Program-made: the position numbers and the translations under genes | NCBI GenBank assembly: GCA_036172245.1 | Contig: JAYWIR010000028.1 | Location: 1,488,001-1,552,000, forward strand | Origin: Raillietiella orientalis | Taxonomy: Eukaryota | Reading direction: 5' to 3' | Length of the DNA: 64,000 nucleotides | The notes under the pieces: generated by a model | Seen by the model: only the letters and a program-made list of their open reading frames with translations | What the model was told of the DNA's origin: nothing | The model's database searches: none | Shown here: in pieces, positions 25,530-39,000 of the stretch | Position numbering within the stretch: the first letter of the stretch is position 1 | Layout of the letters: each line of letters starts with the position of its first letter

Positions 25530-26070
25530 ACTGGAGGAGCAAGCTCTGAAGCAGGCTTCCTTCAAGGAGACTATCCGTCACTTCAAACCACACACAGAGT
25601 TTGGATCAGGTCGATTCAGCCTCTTCTTAATCGTTCTGCCAGCGGTTCCGAGGAAGCATCCCGTCTCTGCAAGCTAATCATTATCTTCGAAACTTGATTA
25701 TTCTTGATGAGATATCTTGCAAGCCCCGGTGAGAAGATGGATACAGAATCGATAATTTTTCAATTAATGGAAGCGCAGATGGCTGCAAAGATTGCACCCT
25801 CAGCATCATCATGGAAAGAGGTGAACAGAAGTACTCAGAAGGAATTCTTAACTCGTTAAGATATTGTAAATGCATCTCAGCTGCAACAGTCCGAACGAAG
25901 CTGGAATATGGCCATGCCTTACGCCCCTCGTGGTGGTTCCAGGTAAAGCTGCCTCTTTGGCAAGCGTTAAAAGCTCTCAGAGCAAGGGTCGACGGACACA
26001 TCGAAAGTTTTCAGCAGGAAATGCAGCACAAAAAGACTCCTTATCCCGCTTCTCACACGGAAAGAGGCAG
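25530..26070 (+). mobile_element. Decayed LINE RT fragment
   Basis: AGFLQGDYPS (GxxQGDxLSP remnant), then VRTKLEYG...IESFQ...TP...HTERG. Confidence 0.55.
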
Positions 26071-27499
26071 GCGGAGAATCACAAAGAACGTGCGAAAAAA
26101 CCACCCCTAGAGAAGTGTGTGCTCTGTCTAGCAGGAACGTATTTCGGGAAAGCGAGTCAAGAGATGGTTACTAGCTGGAAGGCATCTAGGAAGTATTGAC
26201 TATCATCACACTGTTGTTCATTATTACTGACGTAATGGCCGAGTCTTGTCGCCCAACTGTGGTCCACATGGTTGATGCGACACAGCAGTTAAGAAGGCAA
26301 CTTCGAGCGCAGCCGTTTGGGACGGAGTTCATGGAATTGATCGTCCCATTCCCATCAAATTCTCAAGGAATTGCCTGGGAAGGCTGCATTCGGTTTGTGA
26401 TTCTGGCTCATTGGAAACTTTAAAATGTTTTTGAAACGTTGAGCAAGAAAAAAACTGATCTTTGAATTTCAGTCTACAGAAATCAAATAGTCTCCTCATC
26501 TCTATTTCTTTGCCTAAGAAATCAATGCAGCGTCTGAGATGAAAAAGTGCTGACGTGTATGATGAAAGTTATCTTGGAAAAAAAAAAAAAAAAATGCCTT
26601 AATGCTTTCCCTGTCCCTAAAGGCAAGGAATCTCTGAAAGAGTAATTCATCCTCTTCTGCACTTTAACTCGGATTTTACGTCTGTCATTCACGCGATTGA
26701 GAATTGCAATCGACGTCATCAAAAGTGGTCACAGGATCCATGAGGCAACTCGAGCTTTCACATTTCCTTCAACATAACAAGAAGACAAGTCCAGCTACAC
26801 GAGATCCACTCCATGCTCTTTGGGTAGAGGAATACTGAATAGCAACGGTGAGTAGGAGTGATGGGAAATTCTCAAGGTGATCCAGGCTACCCTATTTGCC
26901 GATGGAACCATGAAATTCAGGAAGTACCACATTCCTTCGCTATACTACGTATAAAAAAACACGATAAAATAAAATGGGAATCTCTCCAAACTGAAGTCAC
27001 GAGGACCCCCCTAAGAATACTTTGCTGATGACGAAGCAAGGTAAAGCCTTTTCCATTTTCACGAATTCATCAGATTTACCATTCTTTTATGGATCCCTAC
27101 AATCGTATGAAACAAGCAGCACGAAGCGTAAGTTCCTTCTGCTCAGGGCTTCCATCAGGAAACTCCCGGAAACTTCTACGTGCCTGTCGGAGCTTGATGG
27201 CACGACTTTCCACACTCGAGATGCAGTGGTTTTGGTTCCAGTAGCTCTGCGTGGAGGGCATTTCAGTGTCTTTGCAGCCGCTGTAGCTGGCAATCGGATT
27301 CTCTCGGTGTCGGAGTGGGTGGAGCCAACACACCTCGGACTTTCCGAAGAGACCAGCATTTCTTCCTGCCTGAATGCTTAGCAGCCCACTCTCTACAAGA
27401 GACAGGGTGTTGCTGTCTCGAAAGACTGCTCATTGGGGTCGTCGGTAGTAAAGGTGTTCACTCCATCCGAACTTGAGCCGCGGGATTTCGGAAACCTCT

Positions 27500-28000
27500 C
27501 AGCAGTCCTCCCTTTGAGCCAACCCCGCTATAGGAAAGCTTTTCCCGTTCCTTCCCCCCTGCTCCTCAGATTTGCGAAGCGCTCTCGCAGTTTTGAAGTA
27601 AAGCTCAGCATTGACAGACCAAGCAGACACATCCAGGTCGCGGGAGTGAATATCCTACCCGTTGCTCCTTCAGCCAGGTGGTCGGCTAAACTTCACGATT
27701 CCTTTCAGGAGGGGAGGGCGAAGGGAAAGAGAAGACATCAAGTTTAAGATGAGAGTGAACGTCAGTTTGTCCTTTTTTCAAGTTGGTGAGGAGCGTCCTG
27801 CTCCGTACTCTGCAGCACCACAGCTTTCTTTTCTAGGAATCCGCTGCCAGATTTCCCAGAAGCCGCTGCAGCTGCAACAGATACCAGAAGTGAAGTGTCG
27901 GATGCTCTCCGTGAAATTCCGCTTTTCGATTTCTGAAAAGACTGCGGTTTGTCCGCCAGTGGTGGCACGTCTACCCTCATTCGAAGACGATGTGTGGCAT
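27500..28000 (+). mobile_element. Decayed gypsy RT fragment
   Basis: PRYRKAFPVPSPL...ILPVAPSARWSA, then (frameshifted) FKMRVN...PAP...QIP...RLP. Confidence 0.55.
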
Positions 28001-30499
28001 GGGAGTGGTTCCTCGAACACATCCTTAATTGCTGCACCTGAAACGAGAAAATCCAGAGGCACGACCGCATTGGGGGCTCTAGGACTACGGGAAGGTAATG
28101 GCAGTGGACGTTCTACGAATCTTCCGCTGGAGCAATGGAGGAAGCGAGAAGGAAAGCAGATTGACTCTCCGTTTCTCTAACAAAGGCTACCAGTGGTACC
28201 AGCGCCCGTCAGAGAACTAGGGTCGTAGGATCTTTAGGTTCATGATCTTTGATCTTTACCACCGTCTTAAGAGTGTTCATTGATCTCTGGTCACCATTCA
28301 AATCAAATTCAACCATTGATTCCATCGATGGTGATTTTGACTCCAAAGTCTATGATGGAAATGCCATTCCTTATGGATAATGACAGTCAGTGTCTTGGCT
28401 GACTACAGCACTCCAGGGCTCCATGCTAACCAGAGTGTATCATTGGGCATGAGTCCTGTAATTGTGGTCGTGCTGCATCGTAGTATATCATATTGGCTTC
28501 TTCCTGAGAGATGCCGCAGCTACCAGCAAGTGACGTCATTGCAAACAGAGATGTTGCCCAGAAAGAAAGCAAAAAACTCAAATGGGGGGGGGGGGATGTC
28601 CACTCTCGCACGCCGCTTCGTCTTCAACTCCCTGATAAACGCAACTGCGAGGTTCTCGAAAAAACAGCGGACCTTCTTTGATCAATACGTGCTTGAAAAA
28701 AACACTCTAGAAAAATTTTCCTCTTGCTCTTTTTTTCCCGGGAATCCTTCTAGCGAATGAGCACCTGCAAGCGTGCTCCCATGAGACTCACGGGATAATT
28801 TTCAAGCACGCATCCCTCTCACAAGCGCTGTCACCGCTTTCGCATTTCCAGTAAGTGCTGCCCACGAATTTTAAGCGCGCATCAAGAGACTCATGCCCTG
28901 AAGCTACTTGCGCGATCACCAAACTCATTAAGCTCTTCAGTTTTCCTCTCTGACGTGGGCTGGCTACTGGAAGCGTTCTTTTCTCCTCCTTTATTTCGTA
29001 TCCGGTGCAGTTTCTTGGATGGAGGAGAAGAGTCCTTCCACGGCACCTTTAAAGGGTGAACGAAAGAATTGAGTCGTGCAGAGGGTTTCCTATCTCCCAT
29101 GAGCTCTCCCATTATTCCGGCCGCGACGAAATAACCCCTTATTATGGCTTTGGGTCGAAATTTGCAGCGTCTCTAAATATTTTTTTCTCAGTGTCTCTTC
29201 TTATTTCCCACGCTTCAGAATGAAGATTCTCTCAGTTCTCGCAAAACCAGAGTCCCTCGAATTCCAAGAGACAACTAGGACGGTGCCAGGACGTTGGGAA
29301 GCCAACAGTCATCTCGTTTGGTGTGCCAGCACCCAGAAACTCTCATAAGAAGAGGAAATCAGTCCTGCAGTCCTGATGGGCCGTTTATCTTTCCAATGAT
29401 CAGGAATTTCTGTTCTGCTCATGATCGGTGTACATCGCTGGAGAATGCTGATTAATTAAATGGTGTGATTAAGACGGGGACCTGCTTGCTCTTCGATCCC
29501 GGCATTCTAATCGAGTTTTCCTCCTCGTTCTCCGGATTTTCCTCCATGGAGTGCTCTACACTTCAAACATTAACTCAACTTTGTTGCTTCCATTTCCACG
29601 CTCCAGCCACTCCATTCTTTCTTCATAATCAGAGCCTTTCAGGACCCTGAGATTAAACAGTACCCTTCTATCCCTGACCTGCTTCCACCATGAATATTCA
29701 TGACTTTTAAGGAGAATGTCATTATTGTTAAGAGTAAGAGGCACTTTATGGCATACAAATTATTTTATTTTTTTTCCCATCTTGATACGTGATACTCGAG
29801 GATGGCACGACAACCACCTCGGATGCGGTAAGTGAGATCGAACTCCATTTCAAAATCCCCGTGCTCGTGCGTCCTGTCTGGTTTTCAGACTTTTTCGGCT
29901 GAAGATTTGGCGCCCGTTCATCAGCGAGGTTTTCGCGGGTTCACGATCCCAAAGTCACTTCAGGGGCCAAGAGGCGCCACTGTCGCCTGAAAACTGACGC
30001 CCTCCGGCAGCGGAGCCCGCCCCAAACGGCTCTGGTCCACCTGTGGTCAGTTCCATCAGCGAGAACCGTTCGATTTACTTGCTCTTTGATAGCTAAAACT
30101 CGAGACTCCGTGGAAAGAAAACCCAAACTTGGAGAGAACGCGCTCACCCCAGTGATTCCACAGGAAGCACAGGACCAGCTTCGGAAAAAAAAAAAAAAAA
30201 GACGCACCGGTCGATGAAGAGAAGTGGTGAACAGGGGTGCCTAAAAAAAAAAAAGGAAGAAAGAAAACTCCCGGAACTTTCGGTGTTTCTGGATGTGCTC
30301 CATCCGAAACGAGCGCTTTTTGCATCGAGTAAGAATGCGACTTTGACGAAACGGTGTTTGCTGTATCTCTGTCGTGCAACCTGGAACACCAAAAATCCAC
30401 GTGATTCAGTGTTTTCGAAGTGCCCTCTTTGTCGGATGATTCTCTCGTTTCGTCCAGCCTTTCCTTTTGTTCCACTCAGATCCATTTAAAGGGATCCGC

Positions 30500-30780
30500 T
30501 TAGAATCCTTTGCGGACGAGGCTGAGTGTTTGAGTCAACCATGCGTATCACTGTGTGGAGGGCGAGTCTATATTCCTTGGATTCGAGCTCATTTTCCAGA
30601 ATACCCCCTGCAGTTCTTTGCACCAATTATGTTGCCGCTTCTTGAGGTTGACGACCATCAGTCTCATTCTAAAGTGGCACACCTGAGGTCTTGGGCGGTG
30701 CATGCATTTAATGCACATCACTCCTCAAAGTCGGTTGGTGAAACTCTGCATTGGGAGCTACAAAGTTGCCGATGCTGGGA
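30500..30780 (+). mobile_element. Decayed gypsy integrase zinc-finger region
   Basis: LCGGRVYIPWIR...DHQSHSK..LRSW...SCRC resembles GxRVVIPxxLR...HxGxxK..ARxxVWW...CxxC. Confidence 0.5.
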
Positions 30781-31369
30781 ATGGGGGAAAAAAAAAAAAA
30801 AAAAAACCGCCTCGAAGTGGTCCCTGGTGAAAGAACGCCTCATTGGAGTGGAATTCTTGTTAAAACTACGGGAGAGAGAATCTTGTTCATTCCCAGTTTA
30901 GTCTTTTTTTTTTCCCGAAGAGAAGCGACGCGTTCCACGAGTTTGTTTCCCAGGTCGAATCTTCGCGTCATTCTCAGCTATGCATAGCAACAGGTTTCTA
31001 AAAGTATCATCAACAAGACCACCACATCTTCTCTTGCTCCCAATCGGGTTAGAAGTAGCGATTCCCTCTCGGACAGGAAGACGAATCGGTGTCGCCACTC
31101 CTTGCCAGCTGTGCACCCTCAGTCTGTGTAAATGTGCACGTTGGCTTCCCGTTTTCGTGTCTGCTGCTTCACTCCCAGTTTCTCCTTCCTACTTTGGCTG
31201 ATGGCTCCTCGAAACAGATTTTTCTTCTTTCCTTTCTTTTTTTTATTCTCTTTCCCGAACACGCTGATGGCTCCATTGGATCGTCAGTGTCAGGCAGGTT
31301 ATCCTTCTTAGGCGCTCAAAGACATCAGCATATCACAATGAGTGCTAATACAAAAATTTAATCTTGATC

Positions 31370-31640
31370 TTATCGCCAGTGTTATCTTTGTTGGAACTGC
31401 ATCATCCGACACAATGCTGTATCATCAAGAAGTTTTCGTCGATTTCGAAAATCGCGTTTCAAGCACCGCGCAAAAGAGAGAGATTCCACTTCTTGGACAA
31501 GAAGAAACGCCAAAATGATCTTTCGACCATACTTGAGTCCCACGAATTCACGAATTTGAGCCCTGCGGTATCTAAGAAAGATGTCGTTCCACCTTATCTT
31601 TCCACCTCCTCCTCCTTTCTTCCCCTTCCTTTCCATGATC
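31370..31640 (+). mobile_element. Decayed gypsy RT-connection fragment
   Basis: IIKKFSSISK....RKRERFHF resembles FIKNFSxIAxPLxxLLRKxxxFxW. Confidence 0.45.
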
Positions 31641-32092
31641 TCTTTGGCATCTTAGGGCTGTCTTCAGGGTGCTAGAAAATCCCAATCAATGCTGCATTCG
31701 TTTCTTAGGAAGCGATTGGCTCTTAAGACATCAGAGCAATTCTCTCCTGAGCGTCCTGACTCGAATCCCCGGTGGATGGAGCACGACTGCACCCACTGAA
31801 ATCTTTGAACGGAATCGGACGGCTGTCCCTAAGGAAGATGACCCCAGATTTTCAAACCGAATCATCCCTCCGTTTCACACTCGATGACCCTAAGTGAGAG
31901 AGTCAACGATTAAGGTGCTAAAGACGGCTACGCATCCATCTAGTCACGTCCTCCGGGCTCGAAACGATGCACTCTGAGATTCCAAGATCACTGTGGTTCT
32001 CCACTGTGGCTAGAAAAGAAGAGGATACCGAGCAGCTCGCTTCCTCGCGATGAAAAGCAGGGGCGAAGGGCGCTCGCTAACTTCTGAGGGGT

Positions 32093-32700
32093 TTGCAGCT
32101 CGTGTCCGCTCTCTTGGAGAGGACGCCCTCAGCAGCCGAAGTCTTTCCACGGATCACTCTTCCCATCCCCCATCCTGAAGTCTTCGACGTGCAGTCGCAG
32201 CTCTCTACCTCGAACCTACGCGTTTCCCCCAAAGGGATTCTGGATATGCGTCTTCTAGGGTACCCGAAGGTAGGTGATGCGTCATGCTGGATGAGCGCCG
32301 ATCCCGGGAAAACGAAGCAGCTCCGAAATCATGAGCTCCAGGCAGAGAAGGGGAAAAACGCGAGATTCCCAGCACGTCCTCTCCTCTTGTTTGGATGCGC
32401 TGGCAGTGGCCGCAGCGAAGAGCAGCCCTTCGGCCGTTTGTGGCAGGGAACGTTCTCCGGGTACGCTCCTCCCGCAACCACGGAGCCTTCCGGTTTCCCC
32501 CGTTTGCAATTTATACAGAAGAAGGCGAGGCGCGGAAGATTCCCAGAGTGGTTTGCGCGCCACCGAACGATCTCCTTCCTGCCCACCTGGTGGACTTTCC
32601 GGAGACGGCGCTTCCTGCCCCTATTCGGAAAATCGGATTCCGATCGGGAATCCTCACCGTGCGGCGACGACTTCCGATCTCGTCCGAAGTCCCGAGGCGT
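32093..32700 (+). mobile_element. Decayed gypsy RT-connection-RNase H fragment
   Basis: H......LSTSNLRVSPK...RLLGY...SADPGKTKQLRN...KNARF...QPFGRLW...GFPRL, collinear with gypsy pol. Confidence 0.55.
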
Positions 32701-33339
32701 CGGATGATCACAGATGCCTCTCGTAGCGTATCGATCGTCGGCCGAACTTGCCTTGGGGGATGGAAGGGGAGGCGGCGGCGGCGGCGGCAAGACGGAGCGT
32801 CGCTTCCGCGGCGAAGATCAAGGAGGAACCAAGGCGAAGGGAAGCACCTCGGACGTTCAGTGGCTGCGGGTGCAGCGGACCGCCAGCGGACCGCATGCGG
32901 ACGCGCCAGCTTCCCTGTGGGGATCGGCTGCAGATAAGAAATCCATCGGTGGGGGAAGAGTCGGGGCTCGGAGCATCTCCAAGTGTGGCTTCCCAGCTGC
33001 ATGCCTTCGAGGCATGCACCCTAGGATGTCGGGAGGGATCAGCTGGGACGCGAACACGAAACCGTGATCCAGGCTCATCGACTTTGCGTGCGAAATTCAT
33101 CCGGGAAGGATGAAACGAGGGAAGGGAGGGGGGTGGAACAAAACAGGACACATGCACTCATAAAAAGCATCATCATCGAGAGAGATCCGTTTCCTGGAGG
33201 TGGTGGCTGACACCGCTGTGCTTCCGACGTGTGAGTTCCTCCCAAGGAGGAGATTCATTTCTGAATCTTTCGCCGCTGCTTGGCACGGAGTGCCTCCCCG
33301 CAGAAGGGCGGCAAAGGTGGCGCGCCCTCGGCAGATGAA

Positions 33340-33720
33340 GGGGGGAGGGGAATAAGTCGGAAGAGGAGCAACGGGTGCGTAAGACTGGCCCCGCAGCTCG
33401 AGGCACTGAAGGAGAAGGAGACGCGGACTAAGTCCTTCCGGATGGATGGGATGGCTGCGAGACCTGCGGATGGGGTTCTAAGGAGCGACAGGAACCGGCG
33501 TTTTTCTCCTAGAAGCGGAAGAAGCCTGGAAAATCCACGGTCCCGAGGAGGGAAAGAACAAGGAATTGCCCGAAGCTCCGTTGTTCGTTCCGGCTTTTTC
33601 GGTACGAGACCGGCATCCATGGCAACGCATCCTCTTCGGGAGGGAGCATCTTTGCTGGAATGCGGTGGAATCCAGGGAGATCCCACTGATGAGCGGAGGT
33701 CTTTCTTGGGGAGGGGTCCG
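33340..33720 (+). mobile_element. Decayed gypsy RT fragment
   Basis: RKRSNGCVRLAPQLEALKE...RRFS...RSSVVRSGFF resembles KKxNGxxRLCVDYRALN...FS...KTAFxTxxGLF. Confidence 0.5.
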
Positions 33721-36700
33721 GCGCCTCGAGCTCTCTCCGAGTCAATGAGCACCAAAGCCAGAGACGTCTGAGACCGGAACCCCCCAGCATCCCACTCCTC
33801 TTCTTGGAAAAATCCTCCGTCGGATGTTCCACTTTTCGTTGCTCTGCTCCCGACGCTAGATGGTCTACTCCGCGTTGTTCCTGCTGCAGCTGCTGAGGCT
33901 GGGTCTTGCTTCAGATCTTCCCAGAGCCAATAGATGGTGATCTCCAGCAAGAACCGAGGGAGTGGAAAGTCTGTCTGCGCTTTGCGGATGCGCGGGGGAG
34001 AGAGGCTGGGGTGATCGGCGCGACTCCTTCCTCTGCGGTGTCCTCTTGTTGCTGCTGTGCGAGTGGGCCCGCCTTCGGGAAAAGAAGCGCTTCCCTCGAA
34101 GACTAGGAGGAAGGAAGGAAATCCCACTGGGGAAAACGGGTGATGGTGAGCTCGCTGCCGCGGTTGGGAGCAACCGGGAATGCGCGTCCCTGCGGGAAAA
34201 CGGGAAGCTCGTCCGGACACGCGAGGCGCCCGACCACGAAAGCACCTCCTCGTCTCATCCACGCCCCTTCTCCCCCCCAACCACCCCGACGAGTGCCTCG
34301 CGTTCCTGCTCGCCGGGAACCACGAGCGAAGCTCCCTGCGGGATCGGGAGGCAGGCGTGGTCGCGTCACGGCATAGACGGTGCCGCGTGAGCCGAGCGGA
34401 AGGGAGGCGCCGCCGCGGAGGGGGAGAGACACCCGCAGATCCGCCGCTCTCTCGTGAGTTGGCTCTCTGCTCATCCACACATCAGGAAGAAGGAGGGGGA
34501 GGAGACCACCGTCTCCGCACGCCAGGGAAGGGGATCCGGCAAGTATCTCTGCACAGGTTTCTTCCTTTTCTCCTCCTTCTCCTTCTCCTTTCTCTCCCAT
34601 CACCCATCCCTAGCACGTCTTGGAAGAGGAAAGAGGAGAGCTCTGGGCTGGAGAGTTGGTGACTGGAGGCCTGCAAGAGAATTGGGGCTGCGGAACGAGA
34701 GCCGGAGACGAGTGAGATCATGGGTGGGCAATCGGGGCCTCCTCCAAGGGCAACGGGCACTCGCTCTCTCGGGAAAAAGAGATCGAGGAGGAAAGTCTGC
34801 AGGAGGAAGGGGAATGACTCTTTTCCCGACCTCCTTTTTTCTCCCCGGCACTGCGAGTTCCAGAAACTCGTCTCGGGTGAGCGGAACGGTCGGAAAAGGG
34901 GTCGCGGCATTCTTGCTAGGGGAGTATTCCGGGATGCCTCCCTCCTTCCCGTGAGAGGTCTCCCTAAGGATGCCGGTGGGCAGAGCAGAGCCTCGAGGGG
35001 TGAGGCAAATGGACGGTTGCTAAGGCTCCCATTTCTTGGCACGCCGCGGCTTCTCTTCCGGAGTTCGTGGCGCGCAATCTCCCTGCACCACCTTGGACAC
35101 CCTGGACCGGGGATCCGCCTCGTCTCTCCCCCCTCTTCGCTGCCGACCTTCTGCGCCCTGGCGTCGAGGCTCTTTGGGACGCTGCTGCTTGTCCCGCGGC
35201 GTGCTCTCTCCGAGACAGACGGCTGCAGAGGCACGGAACGCTCTCTGCTTCTCCTCTTCCTCCCTCTTTCCTCACCCTGCCTCTCGTTTTCCTTCCGGAA
35301 CCTCCCTCTCTTCTCTCTCTCGTGGGCGCCTTCTTGGTCGCCCGGACGACGGAGGAGACCGCCTGCGGTCCTTCCCCCGCACAAGAGAGAAGCCCCCCTC
35401 CGGACCTCGACCTCCACCTCTTCTCCAAAAAGCACAGAGCTTCCAGCAGTCCCTCCAGCGTCATCAGAGCTGCCCTCTTCCCTCGCAACCTTCCAGGAAA
35501 TCGAGTCGGCTGCTCTCGGTGTTGCCACCCGCACCCCGACGCAATCCTCGTTCGGGTTTCCAGGGGATCCCGTCGTTTCCGTCAGCGGACCCCAAAGGAG
35601 CCACCCCCCATGGACGACTTCCCACTCCTTCCCATCTCCTTCCTAACGGTTCCACCTCTCGGGGACCGCGCATCTCGCATAAATCCTGGTTCCAGAGGTG
35701 GCATCAACGGCAAACTGGAATGAGAGGTGGTCCTGGGAAAGCTGGAGAGCTGCGGTTCCGGGACTCCTGATCCACCTCCGTCGCCGTGGCACCCGCGGCA
35801 GCTTCCGAGAAGGGAATGCTCCTTCTGCCGTTCCTGCGGGCGCCATCACCTCCGTCGTTCTCACCGGAGAGGCACGACGGAGGCGACCACACCACGCGTC
35901 GCGCCGCGTCGTCTTCCCGACCGCCTCCTCCTCCCTCTATTGCACGCGCGGGTGTGCGAGAGCGCGCGCGACGGGAGCGCTCAGGCGAGAGTCCCGACGA
36001 TCCGGTTTTCCTCCCCAGCATGCACCGGAGGCTACTCTTCCCCTTCCATCCCGTGCCGGAGTTTTTGCCACCCCGTTTCCCGAAACGGTCATCTCAACGT
36101 CCTTTCACCCTCCCTCGCTGGTCTACCTTTTTCTGCTCTCTTGGGAGTCCATGTGGAGCTGACCTCCGGGTCGCGACCTCCAGCCGTCGGGAGACAGTGT
36201 CACCCTGTTCTCCCGCTGCTCCCTCGCTCTCTATATCTCTTTCCTCCCCCACCCCCGATCCCTGTTCTCTTTCTCCGAAGCGGCAGCGCCTCCCGGGAGG
36301 AAGCACGAGGTCGGAAAGAGCAGCCCAGGAGAAGGAGAAGGAGACAGGGATCTCGACCGAAGGAATGAAGGGTAGGTCTCCCGGGGGGGAGGGGGGAAAG
36401 GAAGGACTCCGCTTGCGAAGTGGACGTGGTCAGGACAAGGGGCTGCCCGGCAGCATGCTCATTACCGCCTCTCTTGTCTCTCGCCCTTCCAGTCGGGAAG
36501 GGGAGGAGTTGGAGGGCGGGAATTCCCGTCCAGCGGGAGGAGCAGCCTCTTCTTCCTGTGTTTGTGCGTGTGGAGAGGAGGGGGGAGATGCCCACTCTGT
36601 ACCTCCTCCTCCTTCCCCATCCTCTGCGAGGTGGCAGCAGTCACTCTTCCTGTCCTTGGGAGCAGCAGGAGGGAAAAATAAAAGGAAAGGAGGAGGGGGA

Positions 36701-37399
36701 GAAGGAGACTGCCCCCTCTGCTGCCTCCCGTCAGAACGAACCTAGGCGTCCGTGATTCAGGAGGATGGAAGGTGTGCCGTGTCTCGCGGGAGGGGGAGGA
36801 GAAAGGGATGGAGGAGGAAGAGGATGAGAAATGGGGTGCGCACCTCGCCACGCAGCGGGTCGAAAAGGGAGAGAAGGACGGAGGCCTCCTTCCTGGGGAC
36901 TCCGCGGCTGAGACGGCAGCAACGCGCCCTCTAGGACACCCCTTCGCTGCGGCAGTAGGGCAGAAGCGCCGGACCCGATCTGTAGATCCCCCTCCTCTCT
37001 TTGGGTCTCTGTCGCCATGCGAGGTGTGCAGTAGAGGCGGGCAGGGACAAGACACGCCCCTCTCCTGCCCTGCAGAAAGATCTCGGGAGGGAAGGAAGGC
37101 ACTCAGGATAAGGAAGGAAGGATGGGGGGAATATCGCCTCGTCCTGAGAGTGAGAGGGAGCAGGTCCTCCCTCCTCCCTTATGCAGGGAGCGACACGCCT
37201 GACTGCTGCCGCCGCCTCTTCCCCAGGTGGCGGACGGGAGGGGAATCCGCGGCTTTTCCTTCTCCGCTTCCCCCCTTCCCCAGGAGGAGATCCCAACGGA
37301 GGAAAGTGGCCTTCCCGGTTTTCGTCTCAACCGAAAGCGACGTTCGCACCGGAAGTTTCGGGGTCCACAGCTTCAGACCGGAAGTTCTCACTTCTTCCT

Positions 37400-37950
37400 C
37401 CTGCCCCCGACCTTCCATCCCCCGTGAGGGTGCGTGCCCTCCTCGGAGGCCACGTCGCTGTGGCCTCCGCTCGCGGCACCTAGCATCGCTGGTTCGAATC
37501 CCGTCGACGCCGAGAACGAAGGGTCAGTCGTGGGTTTCGAGTCCGCTCCACAGAATGGCATCGGCTGACCTATTCGGGTGCGGTACTGGTGGCATCAAGA
37601 TGCCCTCCCTTGATCGACCTGGATTGAAAGCTGGACCATCCAGGGTCCTTCCAGGAATCAAGGAGCGCCGATCCCCTTCGGGACTACCCTCCGGTGGTGA
37701 AAATGGGACAGCCTTCTATTGCGTGCCACAGAGCTGGTTGATACCCCTCTCGGAGGGGTTAGCTACCGTTCCAGAGCGTTGAGGAGCGCGCTGCTCCCTT
37801 CGGGGAGCGCCCTTCAGGGAAAATTCGGAAGCGATCCTCCGGAGTTCCCTTCAGAGAAGTTCCCTCCAGACAAGGAACGGTTCTCTTGCGGGCGCGTTTC
37901 CTCCCGAGAAGAAATCCCAGGAGCGGATCTTTCTGGGTTCCCTTCGGAGG
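37400..37950 (+). mobile_element. Decayed gypsy integrase core fragment
   Basis: W.SSPLHRMASADLF...SLD...GLPSGGENGTAF resembles PWxxVxADLF...VVD...GLPxxIVSDNGTQF. Confidence 0.55.
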
Positions 37951-38899
37951 CGACCAGGGTGGAGGAGTTCCCTTCGGGGATTCCTCGCCAGGCGTGAGAG
38001 GAACGGACCTCCTTCTACGGAACCCTTCTGGGATTCACAGCGTGGTCCCCTCTCGGAGCATGCTCTAGCTTGAAAGGTAAACGTAGAGGAGGAGCAGGAA
38101 GGAAGAAGAGGGGGAAAAAGGAAAATGGAAGCAGGAAGCGAGAGCGAGAGCAGCCATGGGCCCACCCTCGAAGACCATCTCTCTCTCTGGCCCCCAAATC
38201 CCAGTGTCCTCCTCTCCTGTCTTTCGCCACCTTCTCCTCTCGGGTGCGTTCATCCCTTAAGGCGCGAGAGGAAGAGAAAGAGTGGAGGAGGAGGTCCAGC
38301 GCGCATGGAGAACAATGGGGGAGCGATGGCAGCTTTTGCGGGAGGGAGCCCTGCCACATCTGCCTCTCCCACTGGATCCACGGACGTCGGCAGAAGAACC
38401 CCGCTGGTCCGGAGAGGCACCAGACAGAGATTCTCCCCCCTCTCTCCCTCCTCCTTTCCCCCGATGCTTCTCCAGGGGAGGGCTTAAGGGTGTAAACCGG
38501 ATCCTCCTGCCCGCAGGCCGCCTTCCGGGAGAGCACGCCGGGCAGAGATCAGTCCCTCCCCCCGAAGGCCACCAAGAATGCTCGCTTCTGCTCCCCTGTT
38601 GTTCCTCCGGGAAATCCAGCGACCAGCACTCCCCGGTCGCTCTCGCTTCCTGGCCGGAGCTGCGCGGGAATGGGAGACTATCTCCCTACGGTGTTCCCGG
38701 GAGGATGTGGGTGATAGCAACTCCTCAGTGATCATCAGATGTTTCTTGCCAGTCTTCTGCTTTCCGAGTGCGGCGAGAGTGTGCGTGCCCATGTACACGT
38801 GTACACATGCGACGGCGTGTGTGTCCACGCGGCGCGGTGGCCATCTGCAGACGTGGCGAATACGTGCGAAGGCAAAAAGCCGTGTACTTGGATCCGCAC

Positions 38900-39000
38900 T
38901 TCTTACTAGCGCCAATCTATTACCGGGATAGGCGCGAGGGCCCTAGCAATCCATTCGCTTGTTGGTGCGTGACGTCATCGGAGTGGTTCAAAAGTTCAAG
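38900..39000. promoter_or_regulatory. Promoter-like segment (CCAAT ~38912, CRE TGACGTCA 38970-38977)
   Basis: Motifs visible; lies where TE remnants stop and the simple-repeat-rich region begins. Confidence 0.35.

Noticed and set aside
32370..32420. P-loop-like PLLLFGCAGSGRS
   Set aside because: Lysine absent, and it sits within an ORF otherwise collinear with gypsy RT-connection.
33340..33500. Homeodomain-like QLEALKEKETRT...NRR
   Set aside because: Better explained as the gypsy RT KxNGxxRL..ALN motif; spacing is wrong for a homeodomain.
37490..37502. tRNA B-box GGTTCGAATCCC (also ~9848)
   Set aside because: No correctly spaced A-box or cloverleaf.
37740..37985. Cluster of short hairpins including C(TTCG)G loops
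   Set aside because: Stems of 4-7 bp in GC-rich decayed TE sequence are plausible by chance.
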